From NCBI GenBank assembly GCA_018175075.1, contig GCA_018175075.1_4100.1: 64,000 nt of DNA, one strand, 5' to 3'. This document shows positions 43,265 to 51,786 of the stretch, one piece after another. Position numbers and translations under genes: made by a program. The notes beneath the pieces were generated by a model. That model did not search any database. It was not told the DNA's origin and saw nothing but the letters and a program-made list of their open reading frames with translations. Position 1 is the stretch's first letter. The number at the start of each line of letters is the position of its first letter. Source of the stretch: a phage.

Positions 43265-43504
43265 ATGGCTAGTACTAAAACTTACAACGGTCACAAAAAC
43301 AAAACTCATTGGAATGTAAGCCTTTGGATTAATAACGGTGAGTCATTGTATCGGCTTGCTCAAAGTTGCATCGCACAAAGTAGAACTAAAGATATTGCTG
43401 CGGAATGTATGTACCGCAGATTAAAAGCCAACGGTACTACTACAACGCCGGACGGCTTTAAGTATAGCACTACTGCGATCCGTGCTGCAATGGTTGGAAT
43501 GTAA
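43265..43504 (+). CDS. hypothetical protein (paralog of 41225..41464)
   Basis: MASTKTYNGHKNKTHWNVSLWINNGESLY... Confidence 0.7.
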   Translation: MASTKTYNGHKNKTHWNVSLWINNGESLYRLAQSCIAQSRTKDIAAECMYRRLKANGTTTTPDGFKYSTTAIRAAMVGM

Positions 43505-43561
43505 TATTCAGTACTGAGATAATGGCGGGGAATGGTTCCCGCCTTTACTGAGGGTTATCTA

Positions 43562-43849
43562 ATGAGTAAAGTAATAAAGTACAATGTGTTAAGTAAATCA
43601 TTGTCTATCAGTGAATGCACCGATGGTTTTTGGATGTACGATGAAACGCGTGGCATGAATTTAGCTATGCGTGCAAAAACTGCTGAGGCGGCGTATATTC
43701 AAGCACTGGAATACTACCAGGAACGTTTAAAGGAAGTAGAAGAAGATTATAAAAGCCTCAAAGCGAAAGTAGATCATTTCGTCGGTCAATTCGTGGAAGA
43801 CAACGACGAGGACGGGCACTACTGCGACCGTTGCGGATCTTACAGTTAA
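43562..43849 (+). CDS. hypothetical protein
   Basis: 95 aa; leader hairpin GGCGGGGAA/TTCCCGCC; GAGGG SD. Confidence 0.65.
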   Translation: MSKVIKYNVLSKSLSISECTDGFWMYDETRGMNLAMRAKTAEAAYIQALEYYQERLKEVEEDYKSLKAKVDHFVGQFVEDNDEDGHYCDRCGSYS

Positions 43850-43866
43850 GTACTAAGGATTATATA

Positions 43867-44079
43867 ATGAGTGATTTAATTGAACGTATCAAAGAGCTTG
43901 AAGAAAAAGAATTGCAGTTGATCGGGTTACGGAATAAAGTATTCCATGATTTAGGTGGCTTTATTAATGCCTGGGATAGTGGCGATCCTGATGCGTTACC
44001 TGCTAACCGCCAGGCGATGATCAATGATGTGCGTGGTGTCTTTGAGTATGTTTTAAAAGTACTAGACACTAAGCAATAA
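43867..44079 (+). CDS. hypothetical protein
   Basis: 70 aa from MSDLIERIKE; AAGGA SD. Confidence 0.6.
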   Translation: MSDLIERIKELEEKELQLIGLRNKVFHDLGGFINAWDSGDPDALPANRQAMINDVRGVFEYVLKVLDTKQ

Positions 44080-44140
44080 AGGCGTATAATACTTTATATT
44101 GGTACTGACAAACATTATAAGCGATTCAGGAGCTTTAATC

Positions 44141-44326
44141 ATGACAACATTATCTGAGGTTATCCGCGTTCAAGCTGCAAAGGCTGGAATGACTGTTATC
44201 AATGTAGGGATCAAGATTGAGATCTCCCCTAACGAGTTGCAAGGGATTCCCGATCCTACTAGCTGGGATCGTGCTGGGCGAATGATGCGTAATGCTTCAT
44301 TACTGGACGGTACAAAATTTAATTAA
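44141..44326 (+). CDS. hypothetical protein
   Basis: 61 aa from MTTLSEV; AGGAG SD. Confidence 0.6.
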   Translation: MTTLSEVIRVQAAKAGMTVINVGIKIEISPNELQGIPDPTSWDRAGRMMRNASLLDGTKFN

Positions 44327-44333
44327 AAAGTAC

Positions 44334-44392
44334 TTGCAATTAGTTTTTAGTACTGTATAATGGTTTACATCAAAGGGAGAAATGGTTCTCCC
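44334..44392 (+). promoter_or_regulatory. mini-gene promoter + 5'UTR hairpin unit
   Basis: TTGCAA-N16-TGTATAAT + GGGAGAA-ATGG-TTCTCCC. Confidence 0.6.
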
Positions 44393-44411
44393 TGGTAATG
44401 AGGAAAATAAA

Positions 44412-44633
44412 ATGGCTAATATCACTACTCTTTCCCAACTGGAAGCACTGGTTAAATCTATGCGGGAACATGCCGACAAAATCGGCGTACAAGATCCAGC
44501 CGTTTGCTTCTGCGACGAAATGAATGATGATACACTGGTAATAGCAGAAGTCCAGGACGTTTCTAACTATTCCTCGCGTTACACTGGCGGCGTAGCAAAT
44601 AAAGGTGACTTCTGTTTATACCTTACAAAATAA
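44412..44633 (+). CDS. hypothetical protein
   Basis: 73 aa from MANITT; promoter+hairpin; terminator follows. Confidence 0.65.
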   Translation: MANITTLSQLEALVKSMREHADKIGVQDPAVCFCDEMNDDTLVIAEVQDVSNYSSRYTGGVANKGDFCLYLTK

Positions 44634-44638
44634 CAACG

Positions 44639-44668
44639 CGGGGAGATAATAACTCCCCGTTACTTTTT
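44639..44668 (+). terminator. intrinsic terminator
   Basis: CGGGGAG-ATAATAA-CTCCCCG + TTACTTTTT. Confidence 0.6.
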
Positions 44669-44768
44669 CAGTACTGAATCATTTAATAGACGGATCTCGG
44701 CACCCGGTGGGTTAGTGACTGTTTCGTCTTGATGTAGTAATTATGCCAGTACTGGATGCACTTGTCAA
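44639..44768 (-). ncRNA. GGGTGC-core small RNA candidate, copy 5 (promoter to hairpin)
   Basis: TTGACA-N17-CATAAT (44763-44740); ..GACGAAACAGUC..ACCCACCGGGUGC..; ends at CGGGGAG/CTCCCCG hairpin. Confidence 0.4.
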
Positions 44769-44876
44769 CAACTATTTTTCAAATACTTTTTATTAAAATA
44801 CTTGCAATTAGTTTTTAAACGCGTATAATGTTTTGCATAGGGGGAGCGGTTCCCCTGGTAACTAAGGAATAATAAA

Positions 44877-45113
44877 ATGCTTGAACAAATCAAATCAACG
44901 TCTGCGAATGTAACGGGAACGGTAGCACACTTTACTAGTGATGAATCGCGGGGCGTTCCCTATTGTGCTGTACATGTAAACACTGAGGGTAACTACTGGT
45001 TTACGGTTTACGGATCATATTCATTTGGACGGCCTGGACATCAAAAAATTCTGGATAAAGTACAGCCAACGGGTAAAAATATCACTGCTGAAATGTTTTA
45101 TAAAAAATCATAA
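44877..45113 (+). CDS. hypothetical protein
   Basis: 78 aa; promoter+hairpin+AAGGA SD. Confidence 0.65.
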   Translation: MLEQIKSTSANVTGTVAHFTSDESRGVPYCAVHVNTEGNYWFTVYGSYSFGRPGHQKILDKVQPTGKNITAEMFYKKS

Positions 45114-45198
45114 AGTACTTGATAATAGTTTTTAGTACTGTATAATATTTTACATCGCAAGGGGGGAGCGGTTCCCCCTGGTAACTAAGGATAATCAA

Positions 45199-45498
45199 AT
45201 GAAAATTGCAATCATCGCCCTGGCTTTATCTGTTTCCTCTTTCGCTGTTAATGCGTCGTTAGATGTAAGTAGTGAAAAATTCATTCAGTGCACTGTAGCG
45301 ATGACCAATGAAAGTACTGGCGAGATTGTTTTAAAGGATTTAGAGATCCAGCCAGAAGCATTTAAAAACGGGCCGTTCCATGAAGAAGACGAAAAAGGTA
45401 GCACGACAATTTATTACGATGCAAGTACTAAACGCGGTTCGGTCACTGTTATGGATACTGAGAAAGTAACGCATTCCGGCGTTATTAATTGCCGTTGA
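45199..45498 (+). CDS. secreted small protein, two-Cys type
   Basis: signal peptide MKIAIIALALSVSSFAVNAS; FIQCTV...GVINCR. Confidence 0.65.
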   Translation: MKIAIIALALSVSSFAVNASLDVSSEKFIQCTVAMTNESTGEIVLKDLEIQPEAFKNGPFHEEDEKGSTTIYYDASTKRGSVTVMDTEKVTHSGVINCR

Positions 45499-45519
45499 TA
45501 GATACTACGGGGTAACATC

Positions 45520-45750
45520 ATGACTAAGCGAATTGTTTTACTTAACGAAAGCAGTACTACACAACTACTTAACGCCGTGCATTATGATATTGAAACGAGC
45601 GTTAATCTTATCAGTACTGTAGTACTGTTGGACACTGGAAAGGTCGCCAATGATAAAGCGATTGCAGGTATATTAACGGATCTTGAGCCTGGTAGCAGTG
45701 CACCAATAACGTTAAATGGTAAAGTGTTTAATATTTTACTCACTGATTAA
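45520..45750 (+). CDS. hypothetical protein
   Basis: 76 aa; followed by strong terminator. Confidence 0.6.
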   Translation: MTKRIVLLNESSTTQLLNAVHYDIETSVNLISTVVLLDTGKVANDKAIAGILTDLEPGSSAPITLNGKVFNILLTD

Positions 45751-45756
45751 GTACAT

Positions 45757-45779
45757 AGCCCACCTGGTGGGCTTTTTTG
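45757..45779 (+). terminator. intrinsic terminator
   Basis: AGCCCAC-CTG-GTGGGCT + T6. Confidence 0.7.
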
Positions 45780-45867
45780 TTTTTGTAGTATCGTAGTACT
45801 GAGATACTTTGAAAATAGTTTTAAAAAAATAGTTGACATTACCGCAAAAAGGCGTAGAATATATTAC

Positions 45868-45940
45868 ATCAAGACGGGGAGCACTAAGTAGACCGCCAGT
45901 AAGTCGAACGAAAAACTGGACACGTCGAGAAAACTTTGAT
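45868..45940 (+). ncRNA. leader RNA L3 (diverged copy)
   Basis: AUCAA-GACG..UAAGUAG..CCAGU-loop-ACUGG..CGUC..UUGAU nested pairs after TTGACA-N16-TAGAAT. Confidence 0.35.
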
Positions 45941-45983
45941 ACACTAATAAACGTAAACTAAACTTTAATTGAGGATTTATAAA

Positions 45984-46466
45984 ATGGCTAATGTAAAATC
46001 ATTCATCAAAGCACTGGTAGCAAATGAAACTAACGTCGCGGCTGAGATCCTGGCTGAACTGGATAACGATACCATGAAAGCGGTACGCAATAATTTTAAC
46101 ATCGCTTACAGTACTGCGAAAGAACTACAAGCAAATAAAGCGGCAGAAATTGAAGCGGCAAAGGCGGCCCGTGAAGCAGAACTACAAGCAACAATTGAAA
46201 GTATTCAGGCGGCAGTAGTTGGATTGGATCTGGAAGTAGTTACAGAGATGGCACAAAAAGCCCTGGCGAAAAAGTACGGTGAAGATAAGCCAGAAGTAAA
46301 AGCTAAAAAATGGATTCAAGAACGTGTAGCGGTAGTACTTGATAACGGGGAAGAATATCTGATTCCGGTGCGTGGTAACTGCATTGCGGTAGTACTGGAT
46401 GCGATTAACTCCAGTGGTATGACTCGCGAGGAATGGATCGAAGCTCATCGCAAAGTTGAAGCATAA
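45984..46466 (+). CDS. hypothetical Ala/Glu-rich helical protein
   Basis: 160 aa from MANVKSF; GAGGA SD; ~110-nt structured leader. Confidence 0.65.
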   Translation: MANVKSFIKALVANETNVAAEILAELDNDTMKAVRNNFNIAYSTAKELQANKAAEIEAAKAAREAELQATIESIQAAVVGLDLEVVTEMAQKALAKKYGEDKPEVKAKKWIQERVAVVLDNGEEYLIPVRGNCIAVVLDAINSSGMTREEWIEAHRKVEA

Positions 46467-46487
46467 CAATTAAAGTACTGAATCATT

Positions 46488-46514
46488 AGCCCACTTATAC
46501 AGTGGGCTTTTTTG
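46488..46514 (+). terminator. intrinsic terminator
   Basis: AGCCCACT-TATAC-AGTGGGCT + T6. Confidence 0.7.
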
Positions 46515-46750
46515 TGTTTATCGTTTACCAGGCCACCAGCACCGCCTAGAAACGATTCTAACGTATTAAACTGTTTATCTGATGCATTGCCCTAGCTGGT
46601 GGCGTTAAAGTCGTTAGAATGCGATTGAGTGCGTTTAAAGTATTTTGCAAAAAGTAATAAAAAGTACTTGCACGATTAAGAGATTAGCGTATAATGTTTT
46701 ACATCGAGAGGGGGAAACGGTTCTCCTTCCAAATCAAAGGAATCAAAACA

Positions 46751-46978
46751 ATGGCTATTATCATTACTCGCGTATCTGGTACTACTGGCAACGAACAAGT
46801 AGTTGCAGTCATTACCAACAAGGAAGGTGCGGAATTGCAAAATGCAATGAATACCTGGGCCGTTAATGAGTTCGGTCAGTGGGCAAGTGTAGCATACATT
46901 GAAACCTATCAAGTGCCGTCGATTAGTTTAACTGATTTGGGCGTTGAGCGTATCCTTTGCCTTGATGAATTAAATTAA
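46751..46978 (+). CDS. hypothetical protein
   Basis: 75 aa from MAIIITRV; track start is a -10 box artefact. Confidence 0.65.
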   Translation: MAIIITRVSGTTGNEQVVAVITNKEGAELQNAMNTWAVNEFGQWASVAYIETYQVPSISLTDLGVERILCLDELN

Positions 46979-47064
46979 AAAAGTACTTGCAAAGTAAATC
47001 GAATAAAGTATAATACATTACATCAAGGGGAGAAAATGGTTCTCCCCACTACAAGGAAACTAAA

Positions 47065-47208
47065 ATGAAAACTTGTCAATGTGGTCAGAAATCTATTACT
47101 GGTTTAAAGCGGGGCGTTGCTCTTTGCCAGTACCATTATAATTTACAAGTATGGGGTAAAGAATGGGCCGACCAGGTGGAAGCAGCAAAGAAAGCAAAAA
47201 GTAAGTAA
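47065..47208 (+). CDS. 47-aa Cys-rich small protein
   Basis: below track cutoff; promoter+hairpin+AAGGA SD; MKTCQCGQ...ALCQYH. Confidence 0.5.
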   Translation: MKTCQCGQKSITGLKRGVALCQYHYNLQVWGKEWADQVEAAKKAKSK

Positions 47209-47268
47209 AAATATTATCACAGTACTATTGACATAGTTTGATAGTACTGGCATAATAGATTTTATCAA
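47207..47268 (+). repeat. type-2 ~60-bp promoter repeat
   Basis: AAAATATTATCACAGTACTATTGACATAGTTTGATAGTACTGGCATAAT..; TTGACA-N17-CATAAT. Confidence 0.6.
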
Positions 47269-47287
47269 AACAACTGAGGAAAATAAA

Positions 47288-47500
47288 ATGGCTATCATCA
47301 CTAAAATCAAAGTTAACAAGACTATCGTTAAACTGGCAGAAGTGAAAGAAGGTTATAAAGTATCTTGGTGCGGTATGTATCGGACGTTCGCAGATATAGA
47401 TGATGCAATCAATTACTACACTGACACGGTTAAAAACTTTGTTCGTGCTGATGTGGTTATGGCAGTGGCAACATATAAAGCAGCGAAAGAAAGTAAGTAA
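47288..47500 (+). CDS. hypothetical protein (paralog of 50419..50598)
   Basis: MAIITKIKVNK...; type-2 promoter repeat upstream. Confidence 0.65.
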   Translation: MAIITKIKVNKTIVKLAEVKEGYKVSWCGMYRTFADIDDAINYYTDTVKNFVRADVVMAVATYKAAKESK

Positions 47501-47560
47501 AAATATTATCACAGTACTATTGACATAGTTTGATAGTACTGGCATAATAGATTTTATCAA
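47499..47560 (+). repeat. type-2 ~60-bp promoter repeat
   Basis: near-identical to 47207 copy, including the upstream gene's last codons (AGTAAGTAA). Confidence 0.6.
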
Positions 47561-47589
47561 GACAACATATTAATTTAAGGAATACAAAA

Positions 47590-47913
47590 ATGGCTAAAAC
47601 TATCATTAACACCGTTTCCCTGGCTGCAATCCGTGCAATCAATGTTGACGGTAAACGTTGGACTGATTCATATGGCAATACTTATCATTCTTGTCATGTA
47701 AGCGTTGAACTGGATAACGGTTTGAATGATCTGGCGGTTGAATCATTTACTTATGGCTATGAAGATGCATATCAACAAACGGCGTTATCTCTCTTAAAGG
47801 AATCAGTAGACGGGCTTAATACTGATGAAACCTCCCTTACTCGTTTGTGTAATGATTTGTCTATCCCGTTGCATTGTACTGTACAGAATGTTAAACGCAA
47901 AAAAGATCTTTAA
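47590..47913 (+). CDS. hypothetical protein (paralog of 54412..54735)
   Basis: DGKRWTDSYGNTYHSCHVS...FTYGYEDAY...VKRKKDL. Confidence 0.7.
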   Translation: MAKTIINTVSLAAIRAINVDGKRWTDSYGNTYHSCHVSVELDNGLNDLAVESFTYGYEDAYQQTALSLLKESVDGLNTDETSLTRLCNDLSIPLHCTVQNVKRKKDL

Positions 47914-47993
47914 TTAGCTTTACTTTATGCAGATACTTTGATATAGTGTCTGCATAGGGGAAAGAAATTAAATTAACTTAAGAGGATCGTATA

Positions 47994-48263
47994 ATGAAAA
48001 ATATCAGTACTTTAATCGACGCAGGTACACATGTTCGGCGGTCTATGGTTGCAACCAGTACTACAAAACAAGTAGCGAGCGGTTATCTTGTATTTGTGCA
48101 CGATGGTAAACTCCTGGAACGTTCAATCAATTTTGATGTTAAAAACAATTGCCGTTTTATTATCTTTAAGCGTGAACAATATAAAATCGATTTGCCAGCA
48201 AAGCCCATTAGCGGGGCGTACAACGTGCAATCATTGTTTGAGCGTCAACCTTACACCTATTAA
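47994..48263 (+). CDS. hypothetical protein
   Basis: 89 aa; AGAGGA SD. Confidence 0.6.
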   Translation: MKNISTLIDAGTHVRRSMVATSTTKQVASGYLVFVHDGKLLERSINFDVKNNCRFIIFKREQYKIDLPAKPISGAYNVQSLFERQPYTY

Positions 48264-48314
48264 TCAAAACATCGTTAGCGGTCGTTTTAGGCCGCTTATA
48301 TTGGGGATTATACC

Positions 48315-48587
48315 ATGAACGTTAATCAAGTACTGAATGAGATCGAAAGCATCATTAAACCGATGAAGCGTACTGATGCTATGTTAACACCGGAAGAATG
48401 CCGCCTTTATGAGCGTTACAGCGTCGAACAAGTCCAGGCAATGGCTATGGCTACCCCAGCCGTTAAACCGCCTGAGAATGCGTTACAGGACGTTACAGGG
48501 GATTATATCATCAATCCAGTACTAGGGAAGATGGCTGCAATCACCGAAGATCAACAAGACTACTTAAGCCAGTACTTAAAAGGTTAA
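48315..48587 (+). CDS. hypothetical protein
   Basis: 90 aa. Confidence 0.6.
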   Translation: MNVNQVLNEIESIIKPMKRTDAMLTPEECRLYERYSVEQVQAMAMATPAVKPPENALQDVTGDYIINPVLGKMAAITEDQQDYLSQYLKG

Positions 48588-48592
48588 TTAAT

Positions 48593-48802
48593 ATGCTTAC
48601 TGTACAGGATAAGATCGACATCTTAAAGGTTAATATGTATGTGATTGATGCAGTACCTGGTAAAGTATTTGCATACGATGACACCACTGTAAGCGATTTC
48701 TACTATAGCCAGGCCGTGGGGGATCTTTCTGTACAGTCGGTTATTGAAAACGTAGTTAATGCAGCGTATGAGCATTTACTTTCAAATAGTACTTGCAATT
48801 AG
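48593..48802 (+). CDS. hypothetical protein
   Basis: 69 aa; last codons (STCN*) double as the next -35 region. Confidence 0.6.
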   Translation: MLTVQDKIDILKVNMYVIDAVPGKVFAYDDTTVSDFYYSQAVGDLSVQSVIENVVNAAYEHLLSNSTCN

Positions 48803-48871
48803 TTTTTAAACGCGTATAATGTTTTACATGAAGGGGAGAAATGATTCTCCCCACTAATTAAGGAATATGAA

Positions 48872-49018
48872 ATGAAAGCATCAAAAAAGAGTACTAACAA
48901 GAAAGCACGTTCAACCTTAGATGGGGTATTCCCTTTACGTTTCGTTGATGAAGTGGTTTCCTACCCGCCTGGCCTTACTCCTGAGATGGTAGAAAGTTTG
49001 CGTAAATCTAAAAAATAG
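48872..49018 (+). CDS. 48-aa basic small protein
   Basis: below track cutoff; promoter+GGGGAGAA/TTCTCCCC hairpin+AAGGA SD. Confidence 0.5.
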   Translation: MKASKKSTNKKARSTLDGVFPLRFVDEVVSYPPGLTPEMVESLRKSKK

Positions 49019-49021
49019 TAC

Positions 49022-49081
49022 TTGCAATTAGTTTTTAGTACTGTATAATGTTTTACATGAAGGGGAGAAATGATTCTCCCC
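49022..49081 (+). promoter_or_regulatory. mini-gene promoter + 5'UTR hairpin unit
   Basis: TTGCAA-N16-TGTATAATGTTTTACAT + GGGGAGAA-ATGA-TTCTCCCC. Confidence 0.6.
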
Positions 49082-49099
49082 AATAACAGGAGAAACAAA

Positions 49100-49252
49100 A
49101 TGAAACAATACAACGCTCGGTTTGATGTTACTATCGGTAACGGCAAAGGTCAATTCTCTTTCAGTACTCGCCGCAGTTATACAGAAAACTTCCTGCGTAA
49201 TTGTGCACTGACCGCCGCACAAATTAAACATTACTTTCAGGCTAAAAAATGA
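49100..49252 (+). CDS. 50-aa small protein
   Basis: start MKQYNARF after promoter+hairpin; track start is an artefact. Confidence 0.55.
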   Translation: MKQYNARFDVTIGNGKGQFSFSTRRSYTENFLRNCALTAAQIKHYFQAKK

Positions 49253-49338
49253 AATCATTAGCTTATTACAGTTCGGCCCTGGTCGGTGCATTGATCGCGG
49301 CATTGTTAGTAACCTATCTATTCTTTATGGTGATTTAA
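49249..49338 (+). CDS. 29-aa single-pass membrane peptide
   Basis: ATGA coupling; MKSLAYYSSALVGALIAALLVTYLFFMVI. Confidence 0.4.
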   Translation: MKSLAYYSSALVGALIAALLVTYLFFMVI

Positions 49339-49473
49339 ATGAATCCTAACGGTATAATTTACAGTACTCCTAAAACGAAAGCAGACAAGGTAAACGCTAA
49401 AAAAGCGAAAGTAAAGGAGTACATCAAGCAAGGCATGACGCGAAAGGCCGCAGTACTTAAAGCTAAAAAATAA
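49339..49473 (+). CDS. 44-aa Lys-rich small protein
   Basis: ATG directly after upstream TAA; followed by hairpin-promoter at 49484. Confidence 0.4.
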   Translation: MNPNGIIYSTPKTKADKVNAKKAKVKEYIKQGMTRKAAVLKAKK

Positions 49474-49483
49474 ATGAAAAAAG

Positions 49484-49570
49484 TGGTTGACTTCGGTCAG
49501 CCATTTTGCTATTATATATTCATTGAGAGATAGCTCACTAGCCCACAGGGTGCGGAAGTGTATCTATTAT
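49484..49570 (+). promoter_or_regulatory. fused terminator-promoter hairpin + GGGTGC-core element, copy 6
   Basis: TGGTTGAC-TTCG-GTCAGCCA; TTGACT-N17-TATTAT; ..UGAGAGAUAGCUCA..GCCCACAGGGUGC. Confidence 0.55.
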
Positions 49571-49687
49571 ATAAGTATTGAGTACTGAAAACTATTTTTA
49601 AAAAGTACTTGCAAACTATCTCAATAGGCGTATAATGTTTTACATCGAAAGGGGAAACGGTTTCCCCTGGTAATAAGGAAACAAATC

Positions 49688-50029
49688 ATGACTATTGCAA
49701 TTGCTCAATCTAACTTTGAAAATGAAATCATCGCTCAGACACTGCGTTTAAGTGATGGTCGGGCCGAAATTAATTACGGTTTCAATTCAGGCGGTTGTGA
49801 AAAATATCAGTACTTTGTAACGGCTGATGGCGGTGTCCTGGGTATCAATACAGTTATTGTAAACATACAGAAAATTAATTTCAATGATCCAGACGATAGC
49901 CAGTTTTACATCACAGGCGTAGACGTGAACTATGAGGATGACTCACTAACTGATGATCACACTGGCGAGCGGTTAGAAAGTGCATACGGTGAAGATGATT
50001 ATCAGTCCGGTCCAGAAGATTTCGAATAA
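49688..50029 (+). CDS. hypothetical acidic protein
   Basis: 113 aa; promoter+hairpin+AAGGA SD. Confidence 0.65.
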   Translation: MTIAIAQSNFENEIIAQTLRLSDGRAEINYGFNSGGCEKYQYFVTADGGVLGINTVIVNIQKINFNDPDDSQFYITGVDVNYEDDSLTDDHTGERLESAYGEDDYQSGPEDFE

Positions 50030-50122
50030 TATAAAAAATAGTTTGACAATAGATTATAGTACTGTATAATAGTTTACATCAAGGGGAGAAATGATTCTCC
50101 CCACTAACAGAGAGAAAACAAA

Positions 50123-50335
50123 ATGGCTAATATCTGCACTGTACTGAAAAATGCAAAACAAGTTTTATTTTCTGATCACGATCATTTAAACAAGGATATT
50201 ACTGGCGTTCGGAATATCAAAGATGTAAAAAGTGTTATGGGTATCTATTGCAATATGAAACGTGTTGGAACGTTCGGCGACAAAGTACTATACCAGGCAG
50301 GGGATTACAATTTTACACTGACTATCATTAACTAA
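50123..50335 (+). CDS. hypothetical protein
   Basis: 70 aa; promoter+hairpin. Confidence 0.65.
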   Translation: MANICTVLKNAKQVLFSDHDHLNKDITGVRNIKDVKSVMGIYCNMKRVGTFGDKVLYQAGDYNFTLTIIN

Positions 50336-50395
50336 AAATATTATCACAGTACTATTGACATAGTTTGATAGTACTGACATAATAACTTTTATCAA
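50334..50395 (+). repeat. type-2 ~60-bp promoter repeat
   Basis: same repeat; -10 CATAAT. Confidence 0.6.
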
Positions 50396-50418
50396 CTACA
50401 CTACTAAGGAATTAAAAA

Positions 50419-50598
50419 ATGGCTATCATCGCAAAAACTGAAATCGTTGGTCTGGATTCTATCATCATGACGTTTGAAGATCAAAAAGGTATGTATGTAG
50501 TTTCATATGGTGATTATGTTCGGGAGTATGAAACGGTAGACGAAGCCTTTGAAAGTTATATTCGCCAGGTGAATAAAGCATACGACGACTACCGCTAA
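50419..50598 (+). CDS. hypothetical protein (paralog of 47288..47500)
   Basis: 59 aa, below track cutoff: MAIIAKTEIVG...; type-2 promoter repeat. Confidence 0.55.
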   Translation: MAIIAKTEIVGLDSIIMTFEDQKGMYVVSYGDYVREYETVDEAFESYIRQVNKAYDDYR

Positions 50599-50655
50599 AA
50601 TATATTACCAGTACTATTGACAACGTTTGATAGTACTGTATAATAAGTTTTATAA
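50597..50655 (+). repeat. type-2 promoter repeat (variant)
   Basis: ..CCAGTACTATTGACAACGTTTGATAGTACTGTATAAT. Confidence 0.55.
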
Positions 50656-50688
50656 ACAGTAGTTAACTTAACCTAAGAGAGAAATAAA

Positions 50689-50832
50689 ATGATCGCACTG
50701 GATTCATTCATCGACGCAGTACTGGCAAAAACTGGCGAGGATCTGACCGCAGAACAATACGCAATGATCGAGCAATGCCAGCAAGACGGTAAATCGGTGA
50801 AAGATACTGTTAAGATTATCCGCAAGATGTAA
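50689..50832 (+). CDS. 47-aa small protein
   Basis: below track cutoff; AGAGAG SD-like; MIALDSFIDAVLAKTG... Confidence 0.45.
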   Translation: MIALDSFIDAVLAKTGEDLTAEQYAMIEQCQQDGKSVKDTVKIIRKM

Positions 50833-50937
50833 TATTATAGCCCACTGGTTAACGCTGGTGGGCTTTAATTCATTACCCTATACAATGCCAGTACTAAACC
50901 GTTTATCTCGTTAGAATGCATTACAGGACGTTTGACA

Positions 50938-51135
50938 ATGATTAGCATGAAATCAGTACAAAAACAAATAGAAACATTATCAAAAATTAAACGTAAACAG
51001 TACTCGTTAGAATATACAATCAATGGTAACTATCATCTAATGAAAGAAAATAATTTTATAGTCATTGATGAATCATTGCAAATCATTAGTATAGTACTGA
51101 AAGCATTAATTAATGATAGAAAAAAATTAAAATAA
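50938..51135 (+). CDS. hypothetical protein
   Basis: 65 aa from first ATG; atypically AT-rich; weak signals. Confidence 0.35.
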   Translation: MISMKSVQKQIETLSKIKRKQYSLEYTINGNYHLMKENNFIVIDESLQIISIVLKALINDRKKLK

Positions 51136-51139
51136 TCTA

Positions 51140-51235
51140 TTGACAATATCCTCCAGTACTGGCATAATACTTACATCAAGACGAGAACGTCACTAACCCA
51201 TAGGGTGCACAAATGTAACTATATAACATCGATCA
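51140..51235 (+). ncRNA. GGGTGC-core RNA element, copy 7 (with promoter)
   Basis: TTGACA-N17-CATAAT then ..GACGAGAACGUC..ACCCAUAGGGUGCACAAAUGUAACUAU. Confidence 0.35.
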
Positions 51236-51303
51236 ATAAATGATCAAAAAAGTACTGGATCAATTTAGCATAAGGCGTATAATTCTGATCAATTCTTGAT
51301 CAA
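51231..51303 (+). promoter_or_regulatory. GATCAA cluster around a promoter (operator / Dam-site candidate)
   Basis: five GATCAA in 73 bp; TATAAT at 51278-83; palindrome TGATCAATTCTTGATCA at 51286-51302. Confidence 0.45.
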
Positions 51304-51464
51304 AGGCAATATACGCAGTTGAATTTATATAGACAGTACAAAGGCGTTACTATCCGTGGTAATGCTGGTGGATATGTAGTATCATGTGGTTTGAATAAGA
51401 TTAGCACTAGTAGTATTATTGTAGCATTACAGTACTATAGTATTTTTATAATGAGGTTAAAATA

Positions 51465-51722
51465 ATGGCAGTAGGATACGCGAAAGACGGGGCCGAACAA
51501 GACGAGATTAACGCAGTGATTCAGGCCGCCGTTAACCACGCTAGAAAGCAAATTAACGCACAAAGAGAATCACTAGTACATTGCCTCGACTGCGGCGATA
51601 AAATCCCTGAGAATCGACGCCAGGCCGTTATAGGGTGCATGTATTGTATTACTTGCCAGGCGGATCATGATAGTACTTTTAAAAGAGATCCGCGTAATTG
51701 TTGGCATAGATCTATGAGATAA
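51465..51722 (+). CDS. TraR/DksA-family C4 zinc-finger protein
   Basis: CLDCGDKIPENRRQAVIGCMYCITCQ = CxxC-N17-CxxC with the IPxxRR motif. Confidence 0.8.
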   Translation: MAVGYAKDGAEQDEINAVIQAAVNHARKQINAQRESLVHCLDCGDKIPENRRQAVIGCMYCITCQADHDSTFKRDPRNCWHRSMR

Positions 51723-51786
51723 AAAGTAATTGACAGTACTGAAAGATAGTGTATAATGTTTTATATCTTAAATGAGGATAGAAATC

